Part shown: in pieces, positions 38,863-51,117 of the stretch
How the letters are laid out: each line of letters opens with the position of its first letter
How positions within the stretch are numbered: the stretch's first letter is position 1
Assembly: GCA_963828735.1 (NCBI GenBank)
Contig: CAWHFW010000005.1
Location: 2,656,001-2,720,000 of the forward strand
DNA length: 64,000 nt
Direction: 5' to 3'
From: an uncultured Gemmatimonadales bacterium
GTDB taxonomy: Bacteria > Gemmatimonadota > Gemmatimonadetes > Gemmatimonadales > GWC2-71-9
Notes under the pieces: generated by a model
What the model was told of the DNA's origin: nothing
Databases searched by the model: none
Seen by the model: only the letters and a program-made list of their open reading frames with translations
Position numbers and translations under genes: made by a program

Positions 38863-41535
38863 CTACTGCCCGCCCGCCTGCAGCCGCTGGCGGAGCTCGG
38901 TCCGCCAGTTCGGCACGACGACCAGCGGGTAGGTCGCGGACGCCAAGCTCGGGCTCACGATCCGGGAACCGTCCCGGCTGACGTCGAAGTTGGCCTGGCC
39001 GAACCCGGTGGCGGCGCTGAGGATGTTGGCAAAGGCGGTGTCTCGCGAGATCACTCGCAACCCGGGGGAGGTCGCGAGCCGCGCTTCGATGACGGCCGGT
39101 CCCGAGACGTAGTAGAGCCGGGTGCCGTCCGCCGACCAGGCGGGCCCGGCGCCGCCACCTACCGAGATCTGGACCTTGATGCCCGGATCCGGATACGAGC
39201 GGACGTAAATCTCGAACCGCCCGGATTCGTTGGTCGCGAGGGCGGCCCATCGCCCGTCCGGCGATATGCGCGGCGTAACGTCGTTGGGCCCCGTCGCGCT
39301 GTACATGCTGAGCGCCCGGTTCGAGTCCAACGACACCCGCTGAATCGTCCACGCTGTATTGAGGATGCTCTGCACCAGCAGGGACCGGCCGTCCGGCGCC
39401 AGATCGACGATCGGGCTCAGCACGGGCACATCGACCAGCTTCTCCGGCGCGGTCGCGCCCCCGACGGACTGGACCCAGATGGCATCCTTGGGTCCGCTGC
39501 CCGGTGCAGAGTACACGATCCGTTCCCCGTCGTGGGTCCATCCAAAGGACGTGAGGGTGCCCGCGGAGGTGAGCCGGGAGAGCGTCGCCGTCGCGATGTC
39601 GTAGATCCACACGTCCGCTTTGGATCGTTCTCCGATCAGGACGGCGATGCGGCGACCATCCGGCGACAGCCGCGGGCTGGAGAAGGCGCGCGCCTCACGC
39701 GTGATCGGGTGCGACCCGCCGGACCGATCGATCCAGGTCAGCTGCGAGTGGGGGCCTTCCAGGCCCGAGACCAGCGCTCCTCCGGAGGAGATGAAGACGC
39801 CGGAGTTGCCGTTGAGCGCCGACTCGACCGAGACCGGGTCGAGCACGGGCACGGGCTTCCCCATGACCTTCCGCCGCGACAGATCGATCGGCACGGCCAT
39901 CACGGCACCGTCCGCCTGGACGTAGACCAGCGCGCCATCGATCACCGCCAGCGGCCTGATACCCTTGATGTCGAGCCGGGTGACGGCGCCGTCCTCCAGC
40001 GAGGCGATCGCCAGCCTGGACCGGCCCAGCGCGCCCGACCAGATCGTGAACACGACGCCGCGGCCGTCCGGCAGCGCGATCGGCCAGTCGTGCTCCCGCT
40101 CACCCTTCGCGGTGTCGGGCTGTGTGAACTCGGTCAGCTCGCCGCCCGCGACGCTTACCCTCATCAGCCCGGGGTGGCTTCGGGTGGACCCAGTGACCAG
40201 CTCCCCCTTGGTTGTCCAGTCCGCACCGTTGCTGGCGCCGCCATCGGCGATCGTGACCGGGGCGCTGCCGTCGAGCCGGACCTTCCTCTCCTTGCCCGCC
40301 ACCTCGAACGCCACCCAGCGGCCGTCCGGCGAGAACAGCGGTTGGGTCGCCGCCTCGGTGCCGGGGATCGGGTGGCCCTCGAGCTGATCGGAGCGGCGCG
40401 CGTACAGCATCTGGCTGCCTCGTTGCCGGACGCTATACACCAGGGTGCCGCCGTCCGGCGAGATCGCTGCGGGCCACGGGTAGTTGTCGACGACGGGCGC
40501 GCTGTCCGAGCCCGCGAACACGAAGCGGAGCGGGGGCAGCTCGGCGCGGGGCGCCGGTGGGCGGCCGCGCAGCGCGGCGAAGCCGATCGCGACGAGGAGC
40601 GCAGCGGCGAGCGCGAGGACGATGGGGTCGCGAAGGCGGGAGCGGATCGCGATTCCCCGACCGGCGGTCGCCGGGGCGGCGGCCGTCACCCGGCGCGTGG
40701 TCGTCGGGCTCGCCAGCGCCTGCGCGAACTCCGCCGCCGTGCCGAACCGATCGGCCGGGAGCTTCTCGAGCGCCGTGAGCACCGCCGCCTCGACCTCAGG
40801 CGGGATGGTGTGACGCTGGGGCAGCAGCGGACGCGGGGCTTCGGTCACCACCCGCGCGACGATGGCCTGCGCCGTCGACCCGGTGAACGGCGGGTCGCCG
40901 GTGAGCATCTCGTAGAGCACCGCGCCGAGGGCGTAGACGTCCGAGCGCGCCGTTATCTCGCGCTCGCCCATCGCCTGTTCGGGGGACATGTAGTGCGGCG
41001 TGCCGAGCGACATGCCCGTCTCGGTCATCCGGGTGCCGCTCGCCTTGCTCGCGGCGAGCGCGATGCCGAAGTCCGCCACGAGGGCCCGGCCGTCGTGCAG
41101 CAGGATGTTCTCGGGCTTGATGTCGCGATGGATGACGCCGTGGCGATGCGCGTAGTCCAGCGCCGAGGCGACTTCGCTTGCGACCCGGATCGCGTCGGCC
41201 ACGGGCAGCTGCTTCTCCCGGTTGAGCCGGTCGCGCAGCGACTCGCCCTCGACGAAGGGCATGACGTAGAACAGGAAGGAGTCGGCTTCGCCCGAGTCGA
41301 ACAGCGGGAGGATGTGCGGGTGCTGGAGATTGGCGGTGAGCTTGATCTCGGCCAGGAAGCGCTCGGCGCCGATCACGGCGGCGAGCTCGGGGCGCAGCAG
41401 CTTGAGGGCGACCTTGCGGTCGTGCCTCAGGTCCTGGGCGAGGTACACGGTCGCCATCCCGCCCGCGCCGATCTCACCTTCGATCCGGTACCGGTCGGCG
41501 AGCGCAACCTGGAGCCGGTAGAGCAGCTCGGGCAT
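38863..41535 (-). CDS. Ser/Thr kinase with TM and PD40/TolB-like beta-propeller
   Basis: Kinase domain nearly identical to that of 35034-37709; divergent propeller. Confidence 0.93.
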   Translation of the reverse strand: MPELLYRLQVALADRYRIEGEIGAGGMATVYLAQDLRHDRKVALKLLRPELAAVIGAERFLAEIKLTANLQHPHILPLFDSGEADSFLFYVMPFVEGESLRDRLNREKQLPVADAIRVASEVASALDYAHRHGVIHRDIKPENILLHDGRALVADFGIALAASKASGTRMTETGMSLGTPHYMSPEQAMGEREITARSDVYALGAVLYEMLTGDPPFTGSTAQAIVARVVTEAPRPLLPQRHTIPPEVEAAVLTALEKLPADRFGTAAEFAQALASPTTTRRVTAAAPATAGRGIAIRSRLRDPIVLALAAALLVAIGFAALRGRPPAPRAELPPLRFVFAGSDSAPVVDNYPWPAAISPDGGTLVYSVRQRGSQMLYARRSDQLEGHPIPGTEAATQPLFSPDGRWVAFEVAGKERKVRLDGSAPVTIADGGASNGADWTTKGELVTGSTRSHPGLMRVSVAGGELTEFTQPDTAKGEREHDWPIALPDGRGVVFTIWSGALGRSRLAIASLEDGAVTRLDIKGIRPLAVIDGALVYVQADGAVMAVPIDLSRRKVMGKPVPVLDPVSVESALNGNSGVFISSGGALVSGLEGPHSQLTWIDRSGGSHPITREARAFSSPRLSPDGRRIAVLIGERSKADVWIYDIATATLSRLTSAGTLTSFGWTHDGERIVYSAPGSGPKDAIWVQSVGGATAPEKLVDVPVLSPIVDLAPDGRSLLVQSILNTAWTIQRVSLDSNRALSMYSATGPNDVTPRISPDGRWAALATNESGRFEIYVRSYPDPGIKVQISVGGGAGPAWSADGTRLYYVSGPAVIEARLATSPGLRVISRDTAFANILSAATGFGQANFDVSRDGSRIVSPSLASATYPLVVVPNWRTELRQRLQAGGQ

Positions 41536-41662
41536 GTCTGGACTTTGCTGGGGAGTGTCTGGAAGATGGGCGCGCGTGGCGTGTTAGTCCATCGCCGTCG
41601 CGCGTTGCTTGACGTATCCCGTACCGAAGAGCAGCATTCGGCACCCCTTACAAGGCGCCTAC

Positions 41663-42304
41663 ATGTCCGTCCCGGCCAACTGCCGACTCATCGGCAGAGG
41701 CATCCCGATCATCGCCGCCGCCGTCACGCTCTGGATCTGTCCGTGTTCCTCCGCTTCGGCCCAGGGTGAGAAGCAGGTCGCCATCCCAGCCGCGTTGTCT
41801 CCCGATCTCGACGCGGCCCGCGCCGCGCTCGAGAAGTACCAGGACCCGGTTCTCGCGGTCCATGACGGTTACTTCTCGACCGTCGCGTGCGTGGAGTACA
41901 CCAAGGGCGGCGAAGGCAGCATGGACTACGTGCCGGGCGGGATGGGGGTGCACTTCATCAACCTGCAGGCCATCGGGCCGACCCTCGACCCCGCCAAGCC
42001 CCAGGTGCTGCTCTACGAGCCCGTCGGCGACAAGCTCCGCCTGGTCGCGGCCGAGTGGTTCGTGCCGACCAATGTGGCCGGCGCGACGCGTCCCTCGATC
42101 TTCGGGCACGAACTGCAGGGACCGATGGAGGGGCACGAGCCGCTGCAGCCGAAGGGCCTGCACCACTACGACCTGCACGTCTGGTTCTGGAAGAACAACC
42201 CGGCCGGTATGTTCTCGCCGACGAATCCGGCGCTCAAGTGCCCGAAGGGCAGCTACTCGTTCACCGAGCACGCGCCGATGATGGTGGAGGCGGCCGCGCA
42301 CTGA
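41663..42304 (+). CDS. Hypothetical secreted protein
   Basis: Signal peptide; GMGVHF, PQVLLYEP, YDLHVWFWKNNPAGMF. Confidence 0.75.
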   Translation: MSVPANCRLIGRGIPIIAAAVTLWICPCSSASAQGEKQVAIPAALSPDLDAARAALEKYQDPVLAVHDGYFSTVACVEYTKGGEGSMDYVPGGMGVHFINLQAIGPTLDPAKPQVLLYEPVGDKLRLVAAEWFVPTNVAGATRPSIFGHELQGPMEGHEPLQPKGLHHYDLHVWFWKNNPAGMFSPTNPALKCPKGSYSFTEHAPMMVEAAAH

Positions 42305-42325
42305 CCAGCCGAAGGCCTGCGCCCA

Positions 42326-42475
42326 GCGCGGGGGCGCGCCGGGATAGCTCCCTTCGGGCGCAGTAGCCGCCACACATGCCTGGGGCTGCTACTGGTGGTT
42401 GAGGTAGTGGCGGCTACCGGGTACCCGCGAAGCGGGTGGACGCCCTGCGGGAGCCATCCCGTCGCTTCCCCGCGC
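42326..42475 (+). repeat. Structured intergenic repeat element, copy 2
   Basis: Core nearly identical to copy 1; a different outer stem that still pairs. Confidence 0.85.
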
Positions 42476-42628
42476 CCCCAGCATCGCGAACCACAGCCCG
42501 CGCCACCCTCGCGTGCCTCGGCGCGGCGCCCTCCCCGTACCTAGGCGCGCGGTCGACGACGCTCAGCTACCAGCGACACCACGCCAAGGGTATTTTCCGG
42601 CGACTCCCACCCATAGCCCAGGGCTCAC

Positions 42629-45600
42629 GTGTCCGATCTGCGCGCGCAGCTCGAAGCCGGCCTGACTGATCAGTATGCCTTGCTCCGCGAGCTCGGCCGC
42701 GGCGGCATGGCGACGGTCTTTCTCGCGACCGACCTCAAGCACGATCGCCCCGTCGCCTTCAAGGTGCTCCATCCCGACCTCGCGCAGTCGCTCGGCCCCG
42801 AGCGGTTCCAGCGCGAGATAAGGCTCGCCGCCCGGCTGCAGCATCCGCACATCCTGACCGTGCACGACTCCGGTGCCACGGCCGGTCATCTCTGGTTCAC
42901 CATGCCGTTCGTCGAGGGCGAGAGCCTGCGCGACCGGCTCCGGCGCGAACGGCAGCTCCCGCTCGAGGACGCGCTCCGCATCGCCCGCCAGGCGGCGCAA
43001 GCCCTGCACTACGCGCACGAGCACGGCGTGGTCCATCGCGACATCAAGCCCGAGAACCTGCTGCTCACGAGCGACGGCAACACCCTCGTCGCCGACTTCG
43101 GTATCGCGCGGGCCCTCGGCTCGGCGGACGATGACCAGCTCACCCAGACCGGCATGAGCGTGGGCACCCCGGCCTACATGAGCCCCGAGCAGGCCACCGG
43201 CGACCGCGCGCTCGACGCGCGGTCCGACGTCTACAGCCTGGGCTCGGTGCTGTTCGAGATGCTGGCGGGCGAGCAGCCGTACACCGGTCCCACGATGCAG
43301 GCCATTCTGATGAAGCGCCTGTCGGAGCCGGTGCCGCGGGTCCGGAGCGGGCGGCCGTCGGTGCCGGAGACGGTGGACGCAGCGATCTCCAAGGCCCTCG
43401 CGGTGGTGCCCGCCGACCGCTACGCCACCGCTGCCCTGTTCGCCAAAGCCCTCGATCAAGCCGCCACGATCAGCGGCAGTGCCATGGCGGCGACGACGCC
43501 CGTTGGGATTCCCGCTGCCACGACCGTCGCCGCCGAGCCGCGGCCGGCGCCCGCGTCCCTGCCGCGCTCGAGCCGCCGGCGCCTCGGCGTGGCGCTGGCC
43601 GGCGCGGGGCTGCTGGTCGCGGCACTGGTCGGGTGGTGGGCGCTCCGTCGAGCCCCCGCCGGCCCCGCCTCGGCGAACCACCTCGCCGTTCTGCCGTTCG
43701 CCGTCCATGGCGGCGGGCGGCTCGATTTCCTGGCCCAGGGCATGGTGGACCTGTTGAGCCGAAACCTCGACGGCGCGGGCGACATCCGGAGCGTCAACGG
43801 CGCGACCGTCCTGGCCGCGGCGCACGCCGACGGCGGCGTGGCCGATCTGGAGGAAGGGCGGCGGCTCGCCCGTCGGTTGGGCGCCGGGCTCTACGTGCTC
43901 GGCAGCGTGAGCGCGATCGGGAACCAGGTGCGCATCGAGGCCAGCCTCTACGACGGCGCGCCAGCGCAGCCGGCTATGGTCTCGCAGGCGAGCGTGAGCG
44001 GCGACACCACTCAGCTGTTCGAGCTGGTGGACCGGCTGGCCGGCGACCTCATGGTGCGGCAGGGCCGGGGCGTCGGCTCGCGCCTGCTCCAGACCGCCGC
44101 CACCACTACCCAGTCGCTGCCCGCGCTCAAGGCGTACCTCGATGCCGAGGGGCAGCTCCGCCGCGGCGGGTTCGACTCGGCGCTGGCCGGCTTCCAGCAG
44201 GCCGTTCAGCTCGACAGCACCTTCGCGCTGGCCTACTACCGGCTGGCGGTGGCCGCCGCGTGGTCCAGGCACACCGCGCTGATCCGGCCCAATACCGAGC
44301 GCGCCGTGCGCCTGGCCGATCGGTTGAGCGAGCGCGACCGGCGGCTGCTGGAATCGTTCGCGGCGCTGGCCGACGGCAAGCCCGACGATGCGGAGAACGG
44401 CTACCGCGGCATTCTCCAGGACTATCCCGACGACCTCGAGGCGCAGTGGCAGCTCGCCACCGTGCTCAACGTCTACAATCCGCTGCGCGGGCGCCCGATT
44501 GCGGAATCGGCGCCGGTGTTCGACGGAGTGGTGAAGCTCGACCCCGAGTTTCTCTGCCCCATATGACCCATGATGCACCTCGCCGTGAGCGAGGAGGACA
44601 TCGCGAAGGCCGAATCGCTGGTCGCCAGGGTGGGGAAGGACTACGCGGATAGCGCCATGTTCGCGGTGGCCGAGGGCGACAGCGCCCTGGTCGCGCGGCT
44701 GCTGCGTGAAGCCCGGGACAGCGCTCACATCGGTTTGGTGCTCAATGCCGCGTGGCAGGTCGGCGAGTGGCTGGAGCAGCCGGCCGCCGCCGAGCCGTTC
44801 GCCCGGGTCGGCGCGGCACGTCCCCAGCTGCCGGCGCGGCTCAACGCCGCCCTGGCGGAGAACCTGGTCAGCCAGGGGCGCTGGGCGGCGGCGGACAGCG
44901 CCTTCCTCCGCGCTGTCGGCACGGCCAACACCCCACTGCCGCGGCTGGAGCGGGGGATCACGGCGGCGCTCCCCTTCCTGCAGGTGCCGCGGCCGGTGCT
45001 CCAGGCCATCAGCGCCGATCTCTCGGCCTGGGACCCGGCGACGGACCGGTCGTTGGCGGTCGCTGCCGACCCCAGGGCCGCCATGGTGCCCGCGGTCCGC
45101 CTCTATGCGCTGGGCCTCCTCGCCGTGCGGCTCGGCGAGCCGGAGGCGGCGGCGCGCGCCGCGACTCAGCTCGAAGCGCTGCCGGTGTCGGATCAGGGCG
45201 CCGGGCCGGCCCGTTCGCTGGCGGCGGCGGTGCGGGCGGACCTGGCGCTCACCGCGCGCCGCCCGGCCGATGCGTTGACGGCGCTGGCGGGCGTGCGGGG
45301 CGCCGTGCCGCTGAGCCTCAGCGGCACGGCGCCGTTCTCCGAGGACTACGCGCGCTACCTCCGCGGCGAGGCGCTCCTCGCGCTCGGCAAGGACGCCGAG
45401 GCCCGACGCTGGCTGGAGAACGGCTTCGGCGGCACGCCGGACGTCATGACCTTCCGGGTCCCGGTGCTGTTCCGGCTGGGCGACCTCTACGAGCGCGGGG
45501 GCGAGCGGCAGAAGGCCATCGACGCATACGCGCGGGTCGTGCGGCTCTGGTCGGCCTGCGACGCGCCGCTTCGGCCTGCTGTGGACGATGCACGGGCACG

Positions 45601-45634
45601 GCTGGCGCGGCTGACGGCGGAGCCGAGGAGCTAG
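42629..45634 (+). CDS. Ser/Thr kinase-TM-TolB-N-TPR protein with one in-frame TGA (44564-44566); candidate selenoprotein, 1001 aa, Sec at codon 646
   Basis: ORFs 42629-44566 and 44570-45634 are in the same frame, separated only by TGA and CCC (F-L-C-P-I-*-P-M-M-H). The helical/TPR character continues across the stop. Confidence 0.75.
44567..44603 (+). promoter_or_regulatory. Putative bacterial SECIS element
   Basis: TGATG-ca-CCTCGC-[CGTGA]-GCGAGG-agga-CATCG. The apical loop starts 17 nt after the TGA and has G at position 2 followed by U. Confidence 0.6.
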
Positions 45635-45652
45635 GTCGGGCTCCGGCGCTCC

Positions 45653-45785
45653 GGCGCGGGGGAGCGGGACGACTCCCTGCGGGGCGCTGCAGTCGCCGCC
45701 ACGCATGCGTTGGGCTGCTACTAATTGCGGAGATAGTGGCGTCGACTGACGCGCCGCTCCGGGAGCCATCCCGCTCCCCCGCGCC
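45653..45785 (+). repeat. Structured intergenic repeat element, copy 3
   Basis: Perfect 17-bp terminal inverted repeat; shared core with a compensatory change; lacks the CCCGC-GAA-GCGGG hairpin. Confidence 0.82.
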
Positions 45786-45896
45786 CCAGCATCGTCGGAA
45801 TAGTCGGCGGTTCGTGATGGTCGGATGCGCCGCTGTCTGGCGGAGCCTGGCACTCCGCCCCACCTTTGGGATCGTGAGCTCCGGCCCGAGGGCAAC

Positions 45897-47430
45897 GTGG
45901 CCGATCCTACCGCTTACCACATCCCAGCTCCGAGTCATCAGCCGCAGCCCGCCTCGATCGTCCGGGTGGCTGTCGCTGTTCTATGCGTCGGAACCGCCCG
46001 CTTCCCATTCCCCGGTCCCCTCGCGGCGCAAGGCGTAACCGGCGCGGCCGTCGAGGGCAGGGTGCTCGGCGTGGACAGCACCCCGGTGGAGCAGGCGATC
46101 GTCCAGGTGCTGAACACGTCCACCGGCGAGCGGTCACAGGCGACGACGGGCGCTCGTGGCCGCTACTTCATCGAGTATCTGTCGGTGGGCGGGCCGTACC
46201 GCATCGAGGTGGTCGCCATCGGGTACGAGCCGGCGGGGCGGGACTCCATCTTCCTCGCGCTTGGCCAGCGCCTGACCGCAAACTTTACCCTGACACCGGC
46301 CGTGGTGCAGCTGCAGGAGATCACCGTCAGGGGTACCACGGATCTTCGCCTCGGCGCCGCCCGCACCGGTCCCGCCCAGATCATCACGGACAGCACCATT
46401 GTCCGGCTACCGGTGAACCACCGCGACTACACCGAGCTCGCCGTTCTCTCGCCCCAGGTCACCAAGAGCCCGAACGGCGGGCTGTCCTTCGCGGGGCAGC
46501 ACGATCGGTACAACAGCATCCAGATCGACGGGACCAACAACAACGACCCCTTCGGCCGCTCGTTCTCCGGGAACGGTACACCGGGTTGGGCCGTCGGGTT
46601 GACCGCGTTCACTCCCGAAGCGGTGAAGGAGCTTCAGGTCGTGAGCGCGCCGTTCGATGTTCGTTACGGCGGCTTCGCCGGCGGCCTGATCAACGCCGTG
46701 ACCCGCTCGGGCACGAACCGGGTCGAGGGCTCGATCCTGGGCTATTTCGAGAACGCCGACCTGACCGGCACGGACTCGACCGGCAACCGGGCGAGCGAGT
46801 TCAGCCGGAAGGAGCTCGGCCTGACCCTGGGCGCGCCGATCGTGCGGGACCGCGTCGCGGTGTTCGTCAACGCCGCGCTACGCGAGGAGGTGATTCCCCA
46901 GTCGGTCCCTGTTCCGACCAGCGACACGACCGGCGGAGCGGACTCGGCCGGGGTGGGAATCCGCTACGAGAGCCTGGTGCGCTTCCAGGACCTCTTGCGG
47001 AACTACGGTGTCGAGCCGGGAACCTTTTCTGCCGGGGCGTACCATGCTCCCACCAGCAATCTCTTCGTCAAGGTGACGGCGCAACTCGGGACGAACAGTC
47101 GGCTGGCGGTATCCCACAACTACGGGCACGGCAACGTCCGGGACGAGTCCCTCGGCCGGTCCACCGACTCCTATCCGCTCTCCTCGAGTGGCGGTGAGAA
47201 CCCCGAAACCATCAACGCCACACGGCTGGCCTGGACCACGGCCTTCGCGGCACGGCTCTCCAACGAGCTCATTGTGGCCCGAGTTGACGACCGGCGAAAC
47301 TGCTTTCCAACCTCGGACTTTCCGGCAGTGTCCGTGCGGGCTGACGGCGGGGAGCTTTCCGCGGGAGTTGCCGGCAGCTGCCTCGGGCTCGAGGCCGGGC
47401 ATACCATCTGGGAGATGACCGACAACGACA
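45897..47430 (+). CDS. TonB-dependent receptor (Oar-like, N-terminal carboxypeptidase-regulatory-like domain), truncated at the chimera junction
   Basis: LSVGGPYRI, LPVNHRDYTEL, IQIDGTNNND, APFDVRYGGFAGGLINAVTRSGTN; stops at about 510 aa. Confidence 0.85.
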
Positions 47431-47432
47431 TG

Positions 47433-47468
47433 GCAATCGTTTTTTGTTAAGCGTTTCAGCGTCTTGCT
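47433..47468. other. Probable Nanopore adapter remnant (chimeric junction)
   Basis: GCAATCGT plus TTTTTGTTAAGCGTTTCAGCGTCTTGCT resemble the ONT ligation-adapter strands GCAATACGT... and TTTT...GTACTTCGTTCAGTTACGTATTGCT. Genes on both sides are cut off. Confidence 0.8.
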
Positions 47469-47926
47469 CTGACGGAGCATGCGTCGCCAAAACTAGATCT
47501 AGGACTACCAACGCTCGCCTGCTCGGTGTCGTACAGCGCACGGAAACGGAACGGGATCCAGACCGGATCGCGCCCCAGCTGAAGCTGTCCGGTTCCGTGC
47601 AGGTCACGCTGGACGATCCCCGCGGACGTGGCCTGCACCCGCCCGAGGCGGACCTGGACCGCTCGCTCGCCGAACTGGCTCGAGATGGCGCCGATCAGCG
47701 CTGCCGCAGTCGCATCATCGATTGCCACGGCCGCCTGTCCGCGCGACTGCGGCGGCGGTGCGAGCGCCTTCCCGACGACGCTCGTCGCCGGCGTGCCGGC
47801 GATGGAACCGGCACCGAGCAAGAACGCGGACGCGAGACGAGACGGAGCATCGTTTCCCGGAGGAACAGTCGTGGACGGATCGCTCCACCTTCCCGCTCCG
47901 GCCGTCGACGCGTCGTGATCCGACAT
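47469..47926 (-). CDS. Hypothetical protein downstream of lolA, 3' end cut or obscured by the junction
   Basis: [23 protein letters not shown]...[12 protein letters not shown]; start uncertain. Confidence 0.55.
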
Positions 47927-47944
47927 GCGCGCCGCTGAACGCGT

Positions 47945-48587
47945 TCAGGCGTTATTCGGCTGGCGCCAACCCTCGCCGACGATGTCGACCCCCTTGGCCG
48001 GCACGAATCGGAACGTGCCCGCCGGAAAGGACGGATTGCGCTTCCAGCCACTGAAGTCGATGCGGGTCTTCTGCCCCAGTGCGTCGACGACCTGCATGGT
48101 CGCCAGGCCCTGCGCACCGAAGCCGAGCCGGGCGGACTTGAATCCGTGTGTCGTCCGCCTTTCGCGGCGAGACGTCGAGCCATGCGAGCCCGTCCTTCGC
48201 TTCCGGCGTCTTGCAGGAGGTAGTCGCGCTCCAGCTTCGCGGGATCGACCAGCGCGGCGAGCGGGCTGTTCTGCTCTTCCGCACCCTGGGCGCACGGGTG
48301 ACCTGCTGCAGGTCCGGGTCGTACACCCAGACGCGCTGGCCGTCGGCGACGATCAGCTGCTCGTACGGCTTGTTGTATTCCCAGCGGAACAGGTGCGGCG
48401 CGGACAGCGCGACGCGGCCGCTCGATGTTTCCTTCGGCTTGCCGTTGGCGTCGAACACCTGCTGCGTGAACTGGCCATCGAGGCCCTTGAGGCCCTTGGT
48501 GAACGTGGTCAGGTCGTCGCGTCCACCGGCGAAGGCGGTGGTCGCGACCAACGCAGAGGAAAGGCCGGCCAGGCGGATGGCGCGCAT
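47945..48587 (-). CDS. lolA: Outer-membrane lipoprotein carrier LolA (several frameshifts)
   Basis: [46 protein letters not shown]; follows ftsK. Confidence 0.9.
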
Positions 48588-48671
48588 TGCTCGTCTCCTG
48601 TCGATCGTTGCGGCAAGTCTGGCGTCGCCAGCTGAATGCGCATTCGACGGTCGTCGAACGCGAACTGAACT

Positions 48672-51035
<2,364 letters not shown>

Positions 51036-51117
51036 CGTGCGGTCAGACCTTAAGACATTCCCCTAATGGCTTGATAGTACAAGCCATCGGGGAGGGTCGC
51101 CAGCGTCCTGCGATGAC

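Noticed and set aside
44563..44652. ATGA-coupled gene starting at the ATG that overlaps the kinase TGA
   Set aside because: That frame gives only 29 aa (MTHDAPRRERGG...); the coding-like frame is the kinase frame.
30199..45785. CRISPR array or hammerhead ribozyme reading of the repeats
   Set aside because: The copies are kilobases apart with no spacers or cas genes, and no CUGAUGA/GAAA core is present.
38497..45895. Very long antisense ORFs (38497-41769, 42563-45895; also 34953-37763)
   Set aside because: They are shadow frames of GC-rich kinase genes with no motifs.
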